DNA from: Chromatiales bacterium
Lineage (GTDB): Bacteria > Pseudomonadota > Gammaproteobacteria > Chromatiales > Chromatiaceae
Length of the DNA: 64,000 bases
NCBI GenBank assembly: GCA_024762475.1
Contig: JANTHJ010000001.1
Location: 24,510-88,509 of the forward strand
Reading direction: 5' to 3'
The notes beneath the pieces are model-generated. The model searched no databases. It was not told the DNA's origin and worked only from the letters and a program-made list of their open reading frames with translations. This document shows, one piece after another, positions 36,653-48,339 of this stretch. Made by a program: the position numbers and the translations under genes. Position 1 is the stretch's first letter, and each line of letters starts with the position of its first letter.

Positions 36653-37918
36653 TCAGACCGCTTCGAGCTGGCGCAGCGACCCGGGCAACAGCTTCAGGTC
36701 GACCAGACCGGTGACCAGTGCCTTGAAGAAGCCCGCCTCGTCTTCATAGACCATCTTGTAGTACTGCACTTTCATGGTCAGGGCAGAGCCCAGGAAGATG
36801 GCGCCGAAGGTGAGCATCGATCCAATCGCCAGGGTCGAGATGCCCGTGATCGCCTGGCCGATGGTGCAACCCATAGCCAGGACCCCGCCAAAGCCCATCA
36901 GAATGCCTCCGATGACGTGGTTGACGACGTCTCGACCTGAGCTGAACCACTCGAAGCGGAAGCCCCGGCTCAACAGCGCATACAGGAAGGATCCCAGGAT
37001 GACCCCGGCCACAGCGACGACACCAAAGGTGAGCAGCGCGCTGTTCAGGCCAGAGGCGAGGTAACCCATCGACTGGCCAAGCGGATTGATGAAGGTGAAG
37101 GACTGGGGAGAGAGCGGGCGCTGGGCTGCAGGCTTGCCCTCATCCGAATCGGCCAGCATATCCCACTGCTCGTAATATTCGGTCAGATTCATCGTCTCGC
37201 CGTCGACATTTACCTGGATGCTGCTGGTGACATACCAGGCGGCCAGCACCGCCAGGCCCACCACCAGGCCACCCAGGATGTGGTCGCGGTTACCACGGAA
37301 ATCGGTTGACTTGAAGGCAAACCAGAACAGCGCCACCCCGATCAGCAGGCCGATCACCAGGCGCGCCATCAGGGCATTCTCTTCGCCCGCCACCACGGTG
37401 CCCAGGTCCTGGCTGGTGCCCGTATCCACCGAGAGCGGACGGATCCAGTCGTAGAACAGCACGCTCATCAGGGTCTGGTCGGTCCCCGGAAACGGATTGA
37501 TCATGAAGTACGCGATCACACCAATGATCGCGAACACCACCAGCGACTTCAAATTGCCGCCGCCGATACGGATCAGGGTCTTGTTGCCGCAGCCACTCGC
37601 CAGAGTCATGCCGATGCCGAACATCAGTCCGCCGAGCACGTTCTCCGCGACGATGACCACGCTACCACGATAGGGGGGGAAGGCGCTGTTGGCATCCACC
37701 AACCCGAAATATTCCAGGACGCTGACTCCCACCACGGCTACGGCGATGGCCAACAGCCAGGCACGCAGGCGACCGGTGTCGCCCATGTTTACAAAATCCG
37801 ATACCGCGCCCATGGTGCAAAAGTTGGTCTTGTTGACCACGGCACCCATCACGAGGGCGATCAAGAACGCCCCCCAGAGCATGGCAGATTGGGCATCGAT
37901 GAAGTTCTCGAATCGCAT
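36653..37918 (-). CDS. YeeE/YedE family sulfur-compound (thiosulfate-type) transporter
   Basis: NFCTMGA, LASGCG, LAMGCTIGQ conserved Cys motifs; multiple TMs; GGAG RBS. Confidence 0.93.
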   Translation of the reverse strand: MRFENFIDAQSAMLWGAFLIALVMGAVVNKTNFCTMGAVSDFVNMGDTGRLRAWLLAIAVAVVGVSVLEYFGLVDANSAFPPYRGSVVIVAENVLGGLMFGIGMTLASGCGNKTLIRIGGGNLKSLVVFAIIGVIAYFMINPFPGTDQTLMSVLFYDWIRPLSVDTGTSQDLGTVVAGEENALMARLVIGLLIGVALFWFAFKSTDFRGNRDHILGGLVVGLAVLAAWYVTSSIQVNVDGETMNLTEYYEQWDMLADSDEGKPAAQRPLSPQSFTFINPLGQSMGYLASGLNSALLTFGVVAVAGVILGSFLYALLSRGFRFEWFSSGRDVVNHVIGGILMGFGGVLAMGCTIGQAITGISTLAIGSMLTFGAIFLGSALTMKVQYYKMVYEDEAGFFKALVTGLVDLKLLPGSLRQLEAV

Positions 37919-38051
37919 CACTCCCTCCGGGTATGGCGGGCGTGCCGATGGCCGCCCGGCCTGTTGTAAGTCGGGTTTGGTTTGGAAGCGGAAAGACGCG
38001 CGTGGACAGGTATTTATTCCACCGCCCCGTTCCAAGCCCCGGTGTCATACC

Positions 38052-38065
38052 TTAACTTGAATCAA
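38052..38065. promoter_or_regulatory. FNR/CRP-like site upstream of the yeeE-like gene
   Basis: Minus strand TTGAT-TCAA-GTTAA (8/10 vs TTGAT-N4-ATCAA); a similar TTGAT-TCAG-ATTAG at 33014-33027 upstream of the OmpA gene. Confidence 0.3.
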
Positions 38066-38182
38066 GGGCGCGAGGAAGTCTCGCTCTCCAATTGGATATC
38101 CGTCCAGCGGCGTTGAGGCCGAGGGAACTGCTTCAGTCGCGACACCCGCATCCATCAGGCCTGAGGGCCCCCGACAGGGCGG

Positions 38183-38869
38183 CTAGTCGTCGCGATAGCG
38201 CGTGGGATCGGGAACTCCCACCGCTGCGAACCCCTGGGCCCGGAAACGACAGGAGTCGCAACGCCCGCAGGCCCGCCCCTCCGAATCCGCCTGGTAACAC
38301 GAGACCGTCAGGCCATAGTCGACCCCGAGGTTCTGCCCGGCCTGGATGATCTCGGCCTTGGTCATCTCGATCAGTGGCGCATGGATGCGGAAACGCTCGC
38401 CCTGCACACCGGCGCGGGTAGCCAGATTGGCCAAGGCCTCGAAGGCGGCGATAAACTCCGGACGACAGTCCGGATAGCCGGAATAATCCACTGCGTTCAC
38501 CCCGACGAACAGATCCCGGGCGCCCAGCACCTCGGCCCAGCCCAAGGCCAGCGAGAGAAAGACCGTGTTGCGTGCCGGCACATAGGTCACGGGTATACCT
38601 TCGCCGCCCTCCTCCGGGACCGCGATGGCCTCGTCGGTGAGCGCCGACCCGCCGATGGCATCCAGCGACAGGGGCAAGATCTTGTGCTCGGCCACACCCA
38701 GGGATTCGGCCACCCGGCGCGCCGCGTTAAGCTCCGCGGCATGACGCTGGCCATAATCGAAACTGAGTGCGTGACAGGCATAGCCCTGCTCCCGGGCGAT
38801 GGCCAGCGCGGTTGCCGAATCCAGGCCACCGGAGAGCAGAACCACCGCTTTCTTGCCCGTCTCGCTCAT
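38183..38869 (-). CDS. queC: 7-cyano-7-deazaguanine synthase
   Basis: SGGLDS, YGQRH, TYVPARN, SGYPDCR, CGRCDSC. Confidence 0.97.
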   Translation of the reverse strand: MSETGKKAVVLLSGGLDSATALAIAREQGYACHALSFDYGQRHAAELNAARRVAESLGVAEHKILPLSLDAIGGSALTDEAIAVPEEGGEGIPVTYVPARNTVFLSLALGWAEVLGARDLFVGVNAVDYSGYPDCRPEFIAAFEALANLATRAGVQGERFRIHAPLIEMTKAEIIQAGQNLGVDYGLTVSCYQADSEGRACGRCDSCRFRAQGFAAVGVPDPTRYRDD

Positions 38870-39510
38870 CGCCCTGCCTCGTCGCCCCAGAGGATCTTGT
38901 GCAATTGCAGCTGGAAGCGGACCGGCAGGCGGTCGCGCAGGATCCACTCCGCCAGCTGCGATGCCGGCATGACGTCGGCCACCGGCGAGAACAGCACCTC
39001 GCAGCGATCTGGCAGAGCGTACTCACGCACCTTGTCCAGGCTCCAGCTGTAGTCGGCCTCGCCGCCGATCACGAACTTGACCTGGTCTTTCGTAGCAAGG
39101 TGATCGATGTTCTCATAGCGATTGCGTCCGGACTCACCCGAAGAGGGCGTCTTGAGATCCATCACCTTGCTCACCCGCGGATCCACATCACCCACATCCA
39201 GGGCACCGCTGGTCTCGAGCGAGACCTCATAGCCCTGGTCGCACAGCTGTTGCAAAAGGTCGAAACAGCCCCGCTGCGCCAATGGCTCACCGCCGGTCAC
39301 CGTGACATGCCGCGCGCCGAAGCCGGCCACCCGCGCCAGGATCTCGTCCAGTGATAGCGATTCGCCCCCTTTGAAGGCATAGGCGGTATCGCAATAGACG
39401 CAGCGCAACGGGCAACCGGTCAGGCGCACGAACACCGTCGGCCAACCCACCGTGCGCGCCTCGCCCTGCAGCGAATGGAAGATCTCGGTGATCCGCAACG
39501 ATTCGGACAT
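38866..39510 (-). CDS. queE: 7-carboxy-7-deazaguanine synthase (radical SAM)
   Basis: [31 protein letters not shown]. Confidence 0.97.
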   Translation of the reverse strand: MSESLRITEIFHSLQGEARTVGWPTVFVRLTGCPLRCVYCDTAYAFKGGESLSLDEILARVAGFGARHVTVTGGEPLAQRGCFDLLQQLCDQGYEVSLETSGALDVGDVDPRVSKVMDLKTPSSGESGRNRYENIDHLATKDQVKFVIGGEADYSWSLDKVREYALPDRCEVLFSPVADVMPASQLAEWILRDRLPVRFQLQLHKILWGDEAGR

Positions 39511-39527
39511 ATGCGGGTGGCCGGGGC

Positions 39528-40316
39528 TCAACCCTGCGGGGCGAGTCGCTTCAGCTGTTCTCGCGCCAGGCCGGCCGCGGGAGAGGAAGGATACTCCTTG
39601 AGAACACGCTCATAGATCCGACGCGCGCCGGCACGATCGCCCTCCGCGGCCTTTATCCGCCCGATCTTGTACAGGGCGCCTGCGATCTTGGCGCTGCCGG
39701 GATATTTCTGCACCAGCTGTTCGAAGGCCGCCTTGGCCTCCGCGTTCTTTTGCGAGACATAATAGGCCTCACCCAGCCAGTACTGGGCGTTGGCCGCGAG
39801 CGGCGAGTCGGGATATTTTTCGAGAAACTGGCGGAACGCCTTCGCCGCCTCGTCGTAGCGCCGCTGCTGCGGACTGAGTAGCGCATAGGCCGCCTTGTAG
39901 TCGGCCTGCATCTGAGCAGCATCCACCGGTTCGGCGGGCTGCTCGGTCTTGGGGCTGGTCGGGCCCGCAGGACTGCCCGGCGCAGCGGCACTACCCGCCG
40001 GCTGACCGGAGGCCGCTGCCCCAGTCCCTGACTGCAGTGCCGACAGGCGTTGATCCACATCCAGGTAGATGTCGCGCTGCTTGCGCCTGAGCTGCGCCAG
40101 TTCGTGCCGCAGGCGATCGATCTCGCCCTGCAGGCGGCTGTTGTCGCGGCGCAGCGAATCCACCGCCAGGGTCAGATCGGTGATCCTGGCGGCACGGCGC
40201 TCCAGCCGCTCCAACCGCTGCTCGGCACTGAGCCGGGTCTGGGAATCGGCCGACATCGCGGGCGGCGAAGCCAGTGGCAGAAGCAGTCCGGCCAACAGGA
40301 ATATCCGGCGCACCAT
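39528..40316 (-). CDS. cpoB: Tol-Pal-associated TPR protein CpoB/YbgF
   Basis: Coiled coil plus TPRs (YPDSPLAANAQYWLGE); follows pal. Confidence 0.93.
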   Translation of the reverse strand: MVRRIFLLAGLLLPLASPPAMSADSQTRLSAEQRLERLERRAARITDLTLAVDSLRRDNSRLQGEIDRLRHELAQLRRKQRDIYLDVDQRLSALQSGTGAAASGQPAGSAAAPGSPAGPTSPKTEQPAEPVDAAQMQADYKAAYALLSPQQRRYDEAAKAFRQFLEKYPDSPLAANAQYWLGEAYYVSQKNAEAKAAFEQLVQKYPGSAKIAGALYKIGRIKAAEGDRAGARRIYERVLKEYPSSPAAGLAREQLKRLAPQG

Positions 40317-40327
40317 CGATGCCCTGC

Positions 40328-40858
40328 TCAGTAGACCAGCACGGCGCGACGGTTCTTGGCCCAGGCCGTCTCGTCATGACCGAGCACCTCAGGGCGTTCC
40401 TCGCCATAACTGATGGTGTTGATCTGCGCGGGATTGACCCCTTCCGCCTCGAGGAAGCGCTTGACCGAATTGGCGCGGCGTTCACCCAGGGCGATGTTGT
40501 ACTCTCGAGTGCCGCGCTCGTCACAATGTCCCTCGACGGTGACATTGGTGTCCGGCTGGGCGATCAGATATTCCGCATGAGCCCGCAGCAGATCCGCGTA
40601 TTCGGGCTTGATATCGCTCTTGTCGAAGTCGAAATAGACCTTGCGCTGCGAAAGCAGGCTCTGAGGGTTGTCCAGTGGATTGCCGGTCCAGGCACCGCCC
40701 TCCGCCGCACCGGCAGTCTGGGCGCCACCGGCTCCCTCGACGACCTCGGCGCCTGCACCGCTCCCCGCACCGCCCTGCTGCGTCCCGACGCTGGAACAAC
40801 CGGCAAACAGCAGTGCTGCGGCCGCCAGGGCCAGCCAGGTCAGATTCTTCATGATCAT
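40328..40858 (-). CDS. pal: Peptidoglycan-associated lipoprotein
   Basis: Lipobox FAGC; [25 protein letters not shown]. Confidence 0.97.
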   Translation of the reverse strand: MIMKNLTWLALAAAALLFAGCSSVGTQQGGAGSGAGAEVVEGAGGAQTAGAAEGGAWTGNPLDNPQSLLSQRKVYFDFDKSDIKPEYADLLRAHAEYLIAQPDTNVTVEGHCDERGTREYNIALGERRANSVKRFLEAEGVNPAQINTISYGEERPEVLGHDETAWAKNRRAVLVY

Positions 40859-40871
40859 GGTTCGATTCCTC

Positions 40872-42173
40872 TCATTGTTGGTGATAGGGCGACCAGGCCG
40901 GCTCGCGTACGTCGCCGGCCTGGGTGGCCAGCCGTTGCCTGACCCGGCCATCGGTGGATACGGCCCACAGGACACCCCGTCCCGCGTCGCGGCCGGCATA
41001 AATTATCATGCTGCCATTGGGGGCGAAACTGGGCGACTCGTCCAGGTCGCCGCGACTGAGAACCCGCAACTCGCCGTTCTGCGTATCCAGCAGGCCAATG
41101 CGGAAGTCTCCATTTGCCCTTGTGACCATGGTCAGATAGCGGCCATCCGGCGCATAGGAGGCGCGGGCATTGTAGTTGCCTTCATAGGTGATGCGCTCGG
41201 GCGTGCCCCCCGAAACCGGGATCCTATAGATCTGGGGCGCACCGGCGCGGTCCGAGGTGAATACGATATAGCGTCCGTCCGGCGACCAGGATGCCTCGGT
41301 GTCGATGGCCCAGTGGCGGGTGAGCTGGCGCAGGCTGCGCCGGCGCAGATCGAGGATGTAGATATCGGGATTGCCCCCCTTGGACAGGGTCACCGCCAGA
41401 TAGCGTCCGTCCGGCGACCAGGCAGGGGCCCCGTTGATGCCCTTGTAGGCACTGACCCGCTGGCGCTTGCCGGTAAACACATCCTGCACCCACACCGAGG
41501 GCTTGCGCTGTTCGAAGGAGACATAGGCGATCCGCCGGCCGTCCGGCGCCCAGGCGGGCGACATCAGCGGCTCGTCGGAGGATACGATGGTCTGCGGATG
41601 ATACCCATCGGCATCCGCCACCTTGAGATGCACCTTTTCCTTGCCCTTGCGGTCACGGATCGAGGTGATGTAGGCGATCCGCGTGTCGAAGGCACCGCGC
41701 TCTCCGATCAGTTCTTCGTAGATGAGGTCGGCGATGCGGTGTGCCGTGGAGCGCAGGTCGTTCTGGGTGGTGGGGAAGCTGAAGCCGGTGATCTGCTCAC
41801 CGCGGAACACGTCGAACAGACGGAATTTCACGATGAAACCCGCCGGCCCGTTGGGCAGCACCTCGCCGATCACCAGGTTCTCCTGATTCAGCGCCCGCCA
41901 GTCGCGGAAGTCGACTTGCTCCGGACGGCTGGGCCGGGTCAACATCTCCTTCAGCGGCAGGGTGCGAAAACGGCCGCTGCGCGCCAGGTCGGCCGCAACG
42001 ATGGCTGCCACGTCCTGGCTCGGCGGCTTCCCCTTGCCGGTATAGGCGAAGGGCACTACCGCGATCGGCAGCGCCCCTTCGACCCCCTGGGTGATCTCGA
42101 TATCCAGCGCCAGTGCCGGTAGCGCCGGCAACATCCATATCAGCAGAGCAATCCAATACTTACGTCGTTTCAT
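40872..42173 (-). CDS. tolB: TolB
   Basis: [26 protein letters not shown] propeller repeats. Confidence 0.97.
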   Translation of the reverse strand: MKRRKYWIALLIWMLPALPALALDIEITQGVEGALPIAVVPFAYTGKGKPPSQDVAAIVAADLARSGRFRTLPLKEMLTRPSRPEQVDFRDWRALNQENLVIGEVLPNGPAGFIVKFRLFDVFRGEQITGFSFPTTQNDLRSTAHRIADLIYEELIGERGAFDTRIAYITSIRDRKGKEKVHLKVADADGYHPQTIVSSDEPLMSPAWAPDGRRIAYVSFEQRKPSVWVQDVFTGKRQRVSAYKGINGAPAWSPDGRYLAVTLSKGGNPDIYILDLRRRSLRQLTRHWAIDTEASWSPDGRYIVFTSDRAGAPQIYRIPVSGGTPERITYEGNYNARASYAPDGRYLTMVTRANGDFRIGLLDTQNGELRVLSRGDLDESPSFAPNGSMIIYAGRDAGRGVLWAVSTDGRVRQRLATQAGDVREPAWSPYHQQ

Positions 42174-43189
42174 CGATTCCGGTTCCTGGATGGATCGAAG
42201 GTAAAGGTATGGTTACGGAACTCGCTGCGTCCGCGCAGTCCCGGATCGTCCGGCATCGGCAGGGGGTCGGCCTTCCGCACGGCCGCCTCGACCGAGCGGT
42301 CGAAGGCAGCAATGCCGCTCGACTTGACCACACTCACTGCCAGCACCGAGCCGGACGAACCCAGGCGCACGTTGACACGGCAGCTCAGGCCCTTGTCCAG
42401 GGTACCAGGCGGCGGATTCCAGTTGCGCGCCACCTTCTCCTGGATCAGACGCACGATGCGCGCCGCCTCGCTCGCCCTCTGTTCGGCCTCGAACTGCGCC
42501 TGAAGTTCCCGCTCCCGCGCCTCGGCCTCCGCCTTGGTCCGGGCCGCTGCCTCGCGTTTCTTGCGCGCGGCCTCCTCGGCCTTGCGACGCTTTTCCGCCG
42601 CGGCCTTCTTGCGCTTCTCTTCCGCGGCCTTGCGCCGTTTCTCCGCCTCCGCCTTTTTTCTCGCCTCCTCGGCCTTGCGACGCCTCTCTGCTTCGGCCTT
42701 CTTGCGCCGCTGCACCTCGGCCTTGCGCTGCTTCTCCAGCTCGGCCTGGCGCTTGCGCTCGGCCTCCTGGCGCTTCTTCAGGTCCTGCTCCTTGCGCTTG
42801 AGCGTCGCCAGGCGCTTCTTCTCGGCCTCTGCCTTGCGCTCCGCCTCGGCCGCGGCCTTCTCGCGGGCCTTGCGTTCGCGCTCCAGCTGGGCGAGTCGAC
42901 GCTTCTCCTCCTCGCGCCGTTTCTGCAAGGCCTCGAGACGCTGCCGCTCCTTTTTCCGGGCCGCCTGCTCGGCCTGCTGCTTGCGCTGATCCTCCTCGCG
43001 CAGCTTGGCGACCTCACGCTTGAGCTGGCTGGCATCGACCACCTTGGCCTGCACCACCTGGGCCTGCGAGGCCAGCGGCTTGGGCTTCTCGCGCCAGTCC
43101 ACGCCCACCACCAGGAACACCACCAGCAGCAGGTGCATCAGCAGTGCGATGACGAAGGCGCGCGGATTACGACGAATGACGTCCAGCAT
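42170..43189 (-). CDS. tolA: TolA
   Basis: N-terminal TM with SxxxH-like LLMH; K/A/E/R-rich helix; TonB-like C-domain. Confidence 0.93.
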   Translation of the reverse strand: MLDVIRRNPRAFVIALLMHLLLVVFLVVGVDWREKPKPLASQAQVVQAKVVDASQLKREVAKLREEDQRKQQAEQAARKKERQRLEALQKRREEEKRRLAQLERERKAREKAAAEAERKAEAEKKRLATLKRKEQDLKKRQEAERKRQAELEKQRKAEVQRRKKAEAERRRKAEEARKKAEAEKRRKAAEEKRKKAAAEKRRKAEEAARKKREAAARTKAEAEARERELQAQFEAEQRASEAARIVRLIQEKVARNWNPPPGTLDKGLSCRVNVRLGSSGSVLAVSVVKSSGIAAFDRSVEAAVRKADPLPMPDDPGLRGRSEFRNHTFTFDPSRNRNR

Positions 43190-43194
43190 GGAGA

Positions 43195-43614
<420 letters not shown>

Positions 43615-43620
43615 GGCGAG

Positions 43621-44319
43621 TCAGCGGCGCTTCAGACGCAGGTGGGCCTGGCGTTGCAGGATATTGGAGAATTCCTCGACGAAATCGTCATAGCGATTCT
43701 CCAGCCGCTGCACCGCGTTGGCATACTTGTTGTAGGCCACCACTGCCGGAATCGCGGCGAACAGACCCATGGCGGTGGCGATCAGGGCCTCGGCGATGCC
43801 CGGCGCCACCAGGTTGAGGGTCGCCTGCTTGACGTTACCCAGGGCGTGGAAGGCATTCATGATGCCCCACACGGTGCCGAACAGGCCTACGTAGGGGCTG
43901 GTCGAACCCACTGTCGCGAGGAAGGAGAGATGGTGTTCCAGCTCATCCAACTCGCGGCTCATTGCCACCTTCATGGCCCGCCGGGCGCCTTCCACCAGTG
44001 CCATGGGCTCGACCGCTGGATTCTCGCGCAGACGCGCAAACTCGCGAAAGCCGGCATGGAAGATGGCCGCCTCGCCCGTCAGATCGTCGCGCTCCCGGTC
44101 CAGCTGGCGGTAGAGATCGGCCAGATCGCCGCCCGACCAGAAACGCTCTTCGAACTCTTCGGCCTCGCGCCGCGCGGCCTTCAGCACCCGCGAGCGGTCG
44201 AAGATGATGGTCCAGGACAGCAGCGAGGCCAGGATGAGCGAGGCCATCACCAGCTGCACCAGTGGGCTGGCGTTGAGGATCAGGGTGATGAAGGAAAGGT
44301 CCGCACTGGGTTCAGGCAT
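43621..44319 (-). CDS. tolQ: TolQ
   Basis: [24 protein letters not shown]. Confidence 0.97.
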   Translation of the reverse strand: MPEPSADLSFITLILNASPLVQLVMASLILASLLSWTIIFDRSRVLKAARREAEEFEERFWSGGDLADLYRQLDRERDDLTGEAAIFHAGFREFARLRENPAVEPMALVEGARRAMKVAMSRELDELEHHLSFLATVGSTSPYVGLFGTVWGIMNAFHALGNVKQATLNLVAPGIAEALIATAMGLFAAIPAVVAYNKYANAVQRLENRYDDFVEEFSNILQRQAHLRLKRR

Positions 44320-44338
44320 GTGGGCTTTGCTTTCTGTC

Positions 44339-44743
44339 TTATGATTGAAATTTGCTGATCATGGCATCGGGAATGCGGGTCGGCCGCAGCCCGCCTGCGC
44401 GCAGGCACACCACCTGCACCCGTCCCCGGCAGAGCGGTGCAGTCTCGTCCTCGCGCCGTACCATCTGGGCAAAATCGATGCTCGCCCCCGCGGCCCGTTC
44501 GATCTCGCTGACCACGATCAGGCGGTCGTTGAAATGCGCAGGCCGAAGATAATCGACCTCGGCGCGGCGCACCGCGAACAGGATCCCGGGGTCACGCATC
44601 AGGTCGTCCTGCTCGAAGCCCAGGCTACGCAGCCATTCGGTTCGGGCACGCTCCATGAAGCGCAGGTAGTTGGCGTAATACACCACGCCGCCGGCATCGG
44701 TATCCTCGTAATAGACACGCACCGGCCAGCTGAATACCGTCAT
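44339..44743 (-). CDS. ybgC: Acyl-CoA thioesterase YbgC
   Basis: [18 protein letters not shown]. Confidence 0.96.
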   Translation of the reverse strand: MTVFSWPVRVYYEDTDAGGVVYYANYLRFMERARTEWLRSLGFEQDDLMRDPGILFAVRRAEVDYLRPAHFNDRLIVVSEIERAAGASIDFAQMVRREDETAPLCRGRVQVVCLRAGGLRPTRIPDAMISKFQS

Positions 44744-44777
44744 CGTTATCCCTCAGATAGCCGGCAGGCGCACAAGT

Positions 44778-45818
44778 TCACTCTTCGAACAGATCCGGCA
44801 GATCCGCGTCCTTGCGCCGCGGCGGCTCCAGGCCGAAATGCAGCCAGGCGGCCCGGGTCGCCATCCGCCCCCGCGGGGTGCGGATCAGGAAGCCCTGCTG
44901 GATCAGGTAGGGCTCGACCACGTCGTCGAGTGTGCCGCGCTCCTCGCCGATGGCCGCCGCCAGGTTGTCCAGCCCCACGGGCCCGCCCTCGAACTTGTGC
45001 AGCACCGCCTCGAGCAGTCGGCGGTCCATATGATCGAAGCCGTTCTGATCCACCTTGAGCATCTGCAGGGCCGCGTCTGCCACCTCGGCGGTCACCCGGC
45101 CGTCGGTCTTGACCTGGGCATAGTCGCGCACCCGCCGCAGCAGCCGGTTTGCGATGCGGGGGGTACCCCGCGAGCGGCGGGCGATCTCGTGGGCGCCGGC
45201 CTGGTCCATCTGCATGTCCAGGATGCCGGCGGATCGCCGCACAATGTGCGCCAGTTCCTCCACCGAGTAGAACTCGAGGCGCTGTACGATGCCGAAGCGG
45301 TCGCGCAGGGGCGAGGTGAGCAGGCCGGCGCGGGTCGTGGCGCCGACCAGGGTGAAGGGCGGCAGATCGACCTTGATGGAGCGCGCCGCCGGCCCCTCGC
45401 CGATCATGATGTCGAGCTGGTAGTCCTCCATCGCCGGGTAGAGCACCTCTTCCACCACCGGGCTGAGACGGTGGATCTCGTCGATGAACAGCACATCCCG
45501 TGGCTCCAGGTTGGTGAGCAGCGCCGCCAGATCACCGGGGCGCTCCAGCACCGGCCCGGAGGTCTGGCGCAGGTTGACCCCCATCTCGTTGGCGATGATG
45601 TGCGACAGGGTGGTCTTGCCCAGGCCGGGCGGGCCGAAGATCAGCACATGATCGAGGGCCTCGCCCCGATCCCGGGCAGCGGGGATGAAGATGTCCATCT
45701 GCTCGCGCACTGCCGGCTGACCGACGTAGTCCGCCAGGCGCTTGGGACGGATGGCACGGTCCATGACGGCATCTTCGGAGGCCGCATCGGGCGCGACCAG
45801 GCGATCGGCTTCACTCAT
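44778..45818 (-). CDS. ruvB: Holliday junction helicase RuvB
   Basis: [34 protein letters not shown]. Confidence 0.98.
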   Translation of the reverse strand: MSEADRLVAPDAASEDAVMDRAIRPKRLADYVGQPAVREQMDIFIPAARDRGEALDHVLIFGPPGLGKTTLSHIIANEMGVNLRQTSGPVLERPGDLAALLTNLEPRDVLFIDEIHRLSPVVEEVLYPAMEDYQLDIMIGEGPAARSIKVDLPPFTLVGATTRAGLLTSPLRDRFGIVQRLEFYSVEELAHIVRRSAGILDMQMDQAGAHEIARRSRGTPRIANRLLRRVRDYAQVKTDGRVTAEVADAALQMLKVDQNGFDHMDRRLLEAVLHKFEGGPVGLDNLAAAIGEERGTLDDVVEPYLIQQGFLIRTPRGRMATRAAWLHFGLEPPRRKDADLPDLFEE

Positions 45819-45867
45819 GTCGTAGATGGGCTGCTGGAAAGCCCTCATTATCCCAGATATTCCATTA

Positions 45868-45995
45868 GGGGGCGTGATGATCGCGCAGAGATTTGGATTC
45901 ACAAGGAATTTTCTGCGGGAGCGGCATAGTCGGGTTCCATGTCCGACTGAAGAAAATTTCTTGTGGATTCAAAGGTCAAGCGAGGGCGCGTCACC
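45868..45995. mobile_element. Hairpin-forming miniature element A
   Basis: Internal inverted arms attcacaaggaattttct / agaaaatttcttgtggat; flanked by TA on both sides. Confidence 0.5.
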
Positions 45996-45998
45996 TAA

Positions 45999-46147
45999 GG
46001 AAGCTCTGATTAATCCCTCCCCCCGCGTGCGGGGGGAGGTTAGGAGGGGGGCAACCCGTTGTTTGAACTCCCCCTCCCTGGACCCCCGTCGCTCCGCTCT
46101 TCCCCCACAAGTGGGGGAGGTGAAAAATCGGGTCTTTCAGACCTTCC
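45999..46147. mobile_element. 149-bp MITE B with IS5-like terminal inverted repeats and CTAA target duplication
   Basis: CTAA-GGAAGCTCTGAT ... TTCAGACCTTCC-CTAA; TIRs match 10/12; carries two CCTCCCCC/GGGGGAGG hairpins. Confidence 0.75.
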
Positions 46148-46240
46148 CTAATGGGATATCTGGGATTGTGGCCCATTCCGCCAGGGGTTTCAGGGTAAGG
46201 CATCACTGGGGCCGGAACCGTTGAAGAGGGAGAACGTTCA

Positions 46241-46292
46241 ACCGCAAAGGACGCAAAGAAGCCCTTTGCGCACCTTGGCGCCCTTCGCGGTT
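46241..46292. repeat. Inverted pair of the 9-bp-periodic repeat
   Basis: accgcaaaggacgcaaag-aagcc-ctttgcgcaccttggcgcccttcgcggt. Confidence 0.75.
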
Positions 46293-46360
46293 TGAAACCG
46301 ATAACCCGCGCGTCCTGGAAGGGCCTCTGTTCCGGTTACCGCTTAGACGACGCCACCGCG

Positions 46361-46960
46361 TCAATTGCCCTGCAAGGCGAGGCGGATGATCTCCTCGGTG
46401 GCCAGGCCCTCGCTGGTGACCGATTTCACCATCCGCTGCGCCTCCGCCGGCCGGTAGCCGAGCGCCAGCAACGCGCTGACCGCGTCGTCCGCCGGCGAAC
46501 CCGCAGCACTTCCGCCCACCGGCGCGGCCGCCGCGTTCCCTGCCGCTGTCGCGCCCAGTTTCTCCATCCGGTCACGCATCTCGACGATCAGGCGCTCTGC
46601 GGTCTTCTTGCCGACCCCCGGCAATCGCGTCAGCGCGGCGACGTCTCCGGCCTGCACCGTGAGCGCAAACTCGTCGACGCTCATCCCCGACAGGATTGCC
46701 AGTGCCATCTTGCCGCCTACCCCGCTCACCTTGAGGAGCGCCCGGAACAGCGCCCGGTCACCCTCGCTGGCGAAGCCGTAGAGAATATGCGCATCGTCAC
46801 GAATGGCCAGGTGGGTGTAGAGGGTCACCGGCTGGTCGTCCAGCGGGAGCCCGTAGAAGGTCGACATCGGCGCCTCGACCTCATAGCCGACACCGTTCAC
46901 GTCCAGGAGTAGGAAAGGGGGCTGCTTGTGCAGTACCCGCCCGCGCAACAAGCCGATCAC
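46361..46960 (-). CDS. ruvA: RuvA
   Basis: DVNGVGYEV, LYGF, LLKVSGVGGK, LPGVGKKTAERL; GTG start overlapping the ruvC stop. Confidence 0.97.
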   Translation of the reverse strand: MIGLLRGRVLHKQPPFLLLDVNGVGYEVEAPMSTFYGLPLDDQPVTLYTHLAIRDDAHILYGFASEGDRALFRALLKVSGVGGKMALAILSGMSVDEFALTVQAGDVAALTRLPGVGKKTAERLIVEMRDRMEKLGATAAGNAAAAPVGGSAAGSPADDAVSALLALGYRPAEAQRMVKSVTSEGLATEEIIRLALQGN

Positions 46961-47448
46961 CAGCGGCCCTCCATGCGATCCAAGGTGCTGTGGCTGTGCG
47001 CATGACACAGGGCGATCGCCAGGGCATCCGACTCGTCCAGCCCCATGGCCTGCTGCAGGCCGAGCAGCACCCTTACCATGTGCTGCACCTGTTCCTTCTC
47101 GGCGCCACCCCTGCCGACCAGGGCCTGTTTCACCGCCCGGGGCGTGTACTCGTAGACCGGCAGTCCCTGAGTTACCGCGGCGACGATGGCGGCCCCCCGC
47201 GCCTGGCCGAGCTTGAGGGCTGCACCCGCATTACGCGCCATGAACACCTGCTCGACCGCCACCTGGTCGGGCGCATGCCGACCGATGACCTCCTGCAACA
47301 CATCGAAGATCTCGCCCAGGCGGGCGCAGAAGTCCTCACCCTGGGTGCGGACACAGCCGCTGGCCACGCGGCGACTGGCCCGGCCATCGCTGTCGATGAT
47401 CCCGTACCCGGTCACCCGGGAGCCCGGGTCGATGCCGAGGATGCGCAC
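46957..47448 (-). CDS. ruvC: RuvC
   Basis: ILGIDPG, VEQVF, LGQARG, DESDALAIALCH. Confidence 0.97.
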   Translation of the reverse strand: MRILGIDPGSRVTGYGIIDSDGRASRRVASGCVRTQGEDFCARLGEIFDVLQEVIGRHAPDQVAVEQVFMARNAGAALKLGQARGAAIVAAVTQGLPVYEYTPRAVKQALVGRGGAEKEQVQHMVRVLLGLQQAMGLDESDALAIALCHAHSHSTLDRMEGRW

Positions 47449-47449
47449 C

Positions 47450-48196
47450 TCAGCCCGCGGCCTCGAGCGCCTCTTCAGGGATGTCGGCGTTGGTGTAGAC
47501 CTCCTGCACGTCGTCCAGGTCCTCGAGAAAATCGATCAGGTGCAGGATCTTGTCCGCACCCTCGGCGTCCACCGCCACCAGGGTGTCGGCCTCGAAGGTG
47601 ATCTCCGCGTTTGCCGGCTCCAGGCCCGCCGCCTCCAGGCCCTTGCGCACCTGCTCGAACTCGGCCGGATCGGTGTAGACATCGATCGAACCGTCGTCAT
47701 TGGTGACCACGTCCTCGGCGCCTGCCTCCAGTGCAGCCTCCATGATGGCATCTTCGTCCGCACCCGGAGCAAAACTGATGACACCCCGTTTCTGGAACAT
47801 GTAGGCCACCGAACCGTCCGTACCCAGGTTGCCCCCATGCTTGGTAAAGGCATGGCGCACCTCGGAGGCGGTGCGGTTACGATTGTCGGTCAGGCAGTCG
47901 ACAATCACCGCGATACCCCCGGGGGCGTAGCCCTCGTAGCGGATCTCGTCGAAGTTGCCCTCCTCCTCGCCCCCGGCGCCGCGCTTGATCGCTCGCTCGA
48001 TGGTATCAGTGGGCATGTTCGCGCCCTTGGCCTTGTCGACGGCAAGGCGCAGGCGGGGATTGGAATCGAGGTCACCGCCCCCCTCCTTGGCCGCCACCGT
48101 CACCTCGCGGATCAACTTCGACCATAGCTTGCCGCGTTTTTTGTCGTTGGCGGCCTTCTTATGCTTGATGTTCGCCCACTTGCTGTGACCTGCCAT
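47450..48196 (-). CDS. yebC: YebC/PmpR family protein
   Basis: [34 protein letters not shown]. Confidence 0.97.
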   Translation of the reverse strand: MAGHSKWANIKHKKAANDKKRGKLWSKLIREVTVAAKEGGGDLDSNPRLRLAVDKAKGANMPTDTIERAIKRGAGGEEEGNFDEIRYEGYAPGGIAVIVDCLTDNRNRTASEVRHAFTKHGGNLGTDGSVAYMFQKRGVISFAPGADEDAIMEAALEAGAEDVVTNDDGSIDVYTDPAEFEQVRKGLEAAGLEPANAEITFEADTLVAVDAEGADKILHLIDFLEDLDDVQEVYTNADIPEEALEAAG

Positions 48197-48339
48197 GGAG
48201 TTACCTCGTGTGTAATCAATTCGTTCGCGATCGACGAATTTTAGCCGATTCGGCCCGGACCGGCTCACACATCGGTTCGGCTCAAGAACGCTGCCTTCCC
48301 GCCGACACCCCCCAACACAAGGACTGGCCGGAAGTCACA

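Larger units (their letters stand above)
45850..46166. repeat. Palindrome (arms 45850-45868 and 46148-46166) interrupted at its central TA by two stacked miniature elements
   Basis: atcccagatattccattag vs ctaatgggatatctgggat: 18/19 complementary. Confidence 0.75.

Noticed and set aside
42450-43000. K/A/E/R-rich repetitive coding sequence
   Set aside because: Normal TolA central helical domain
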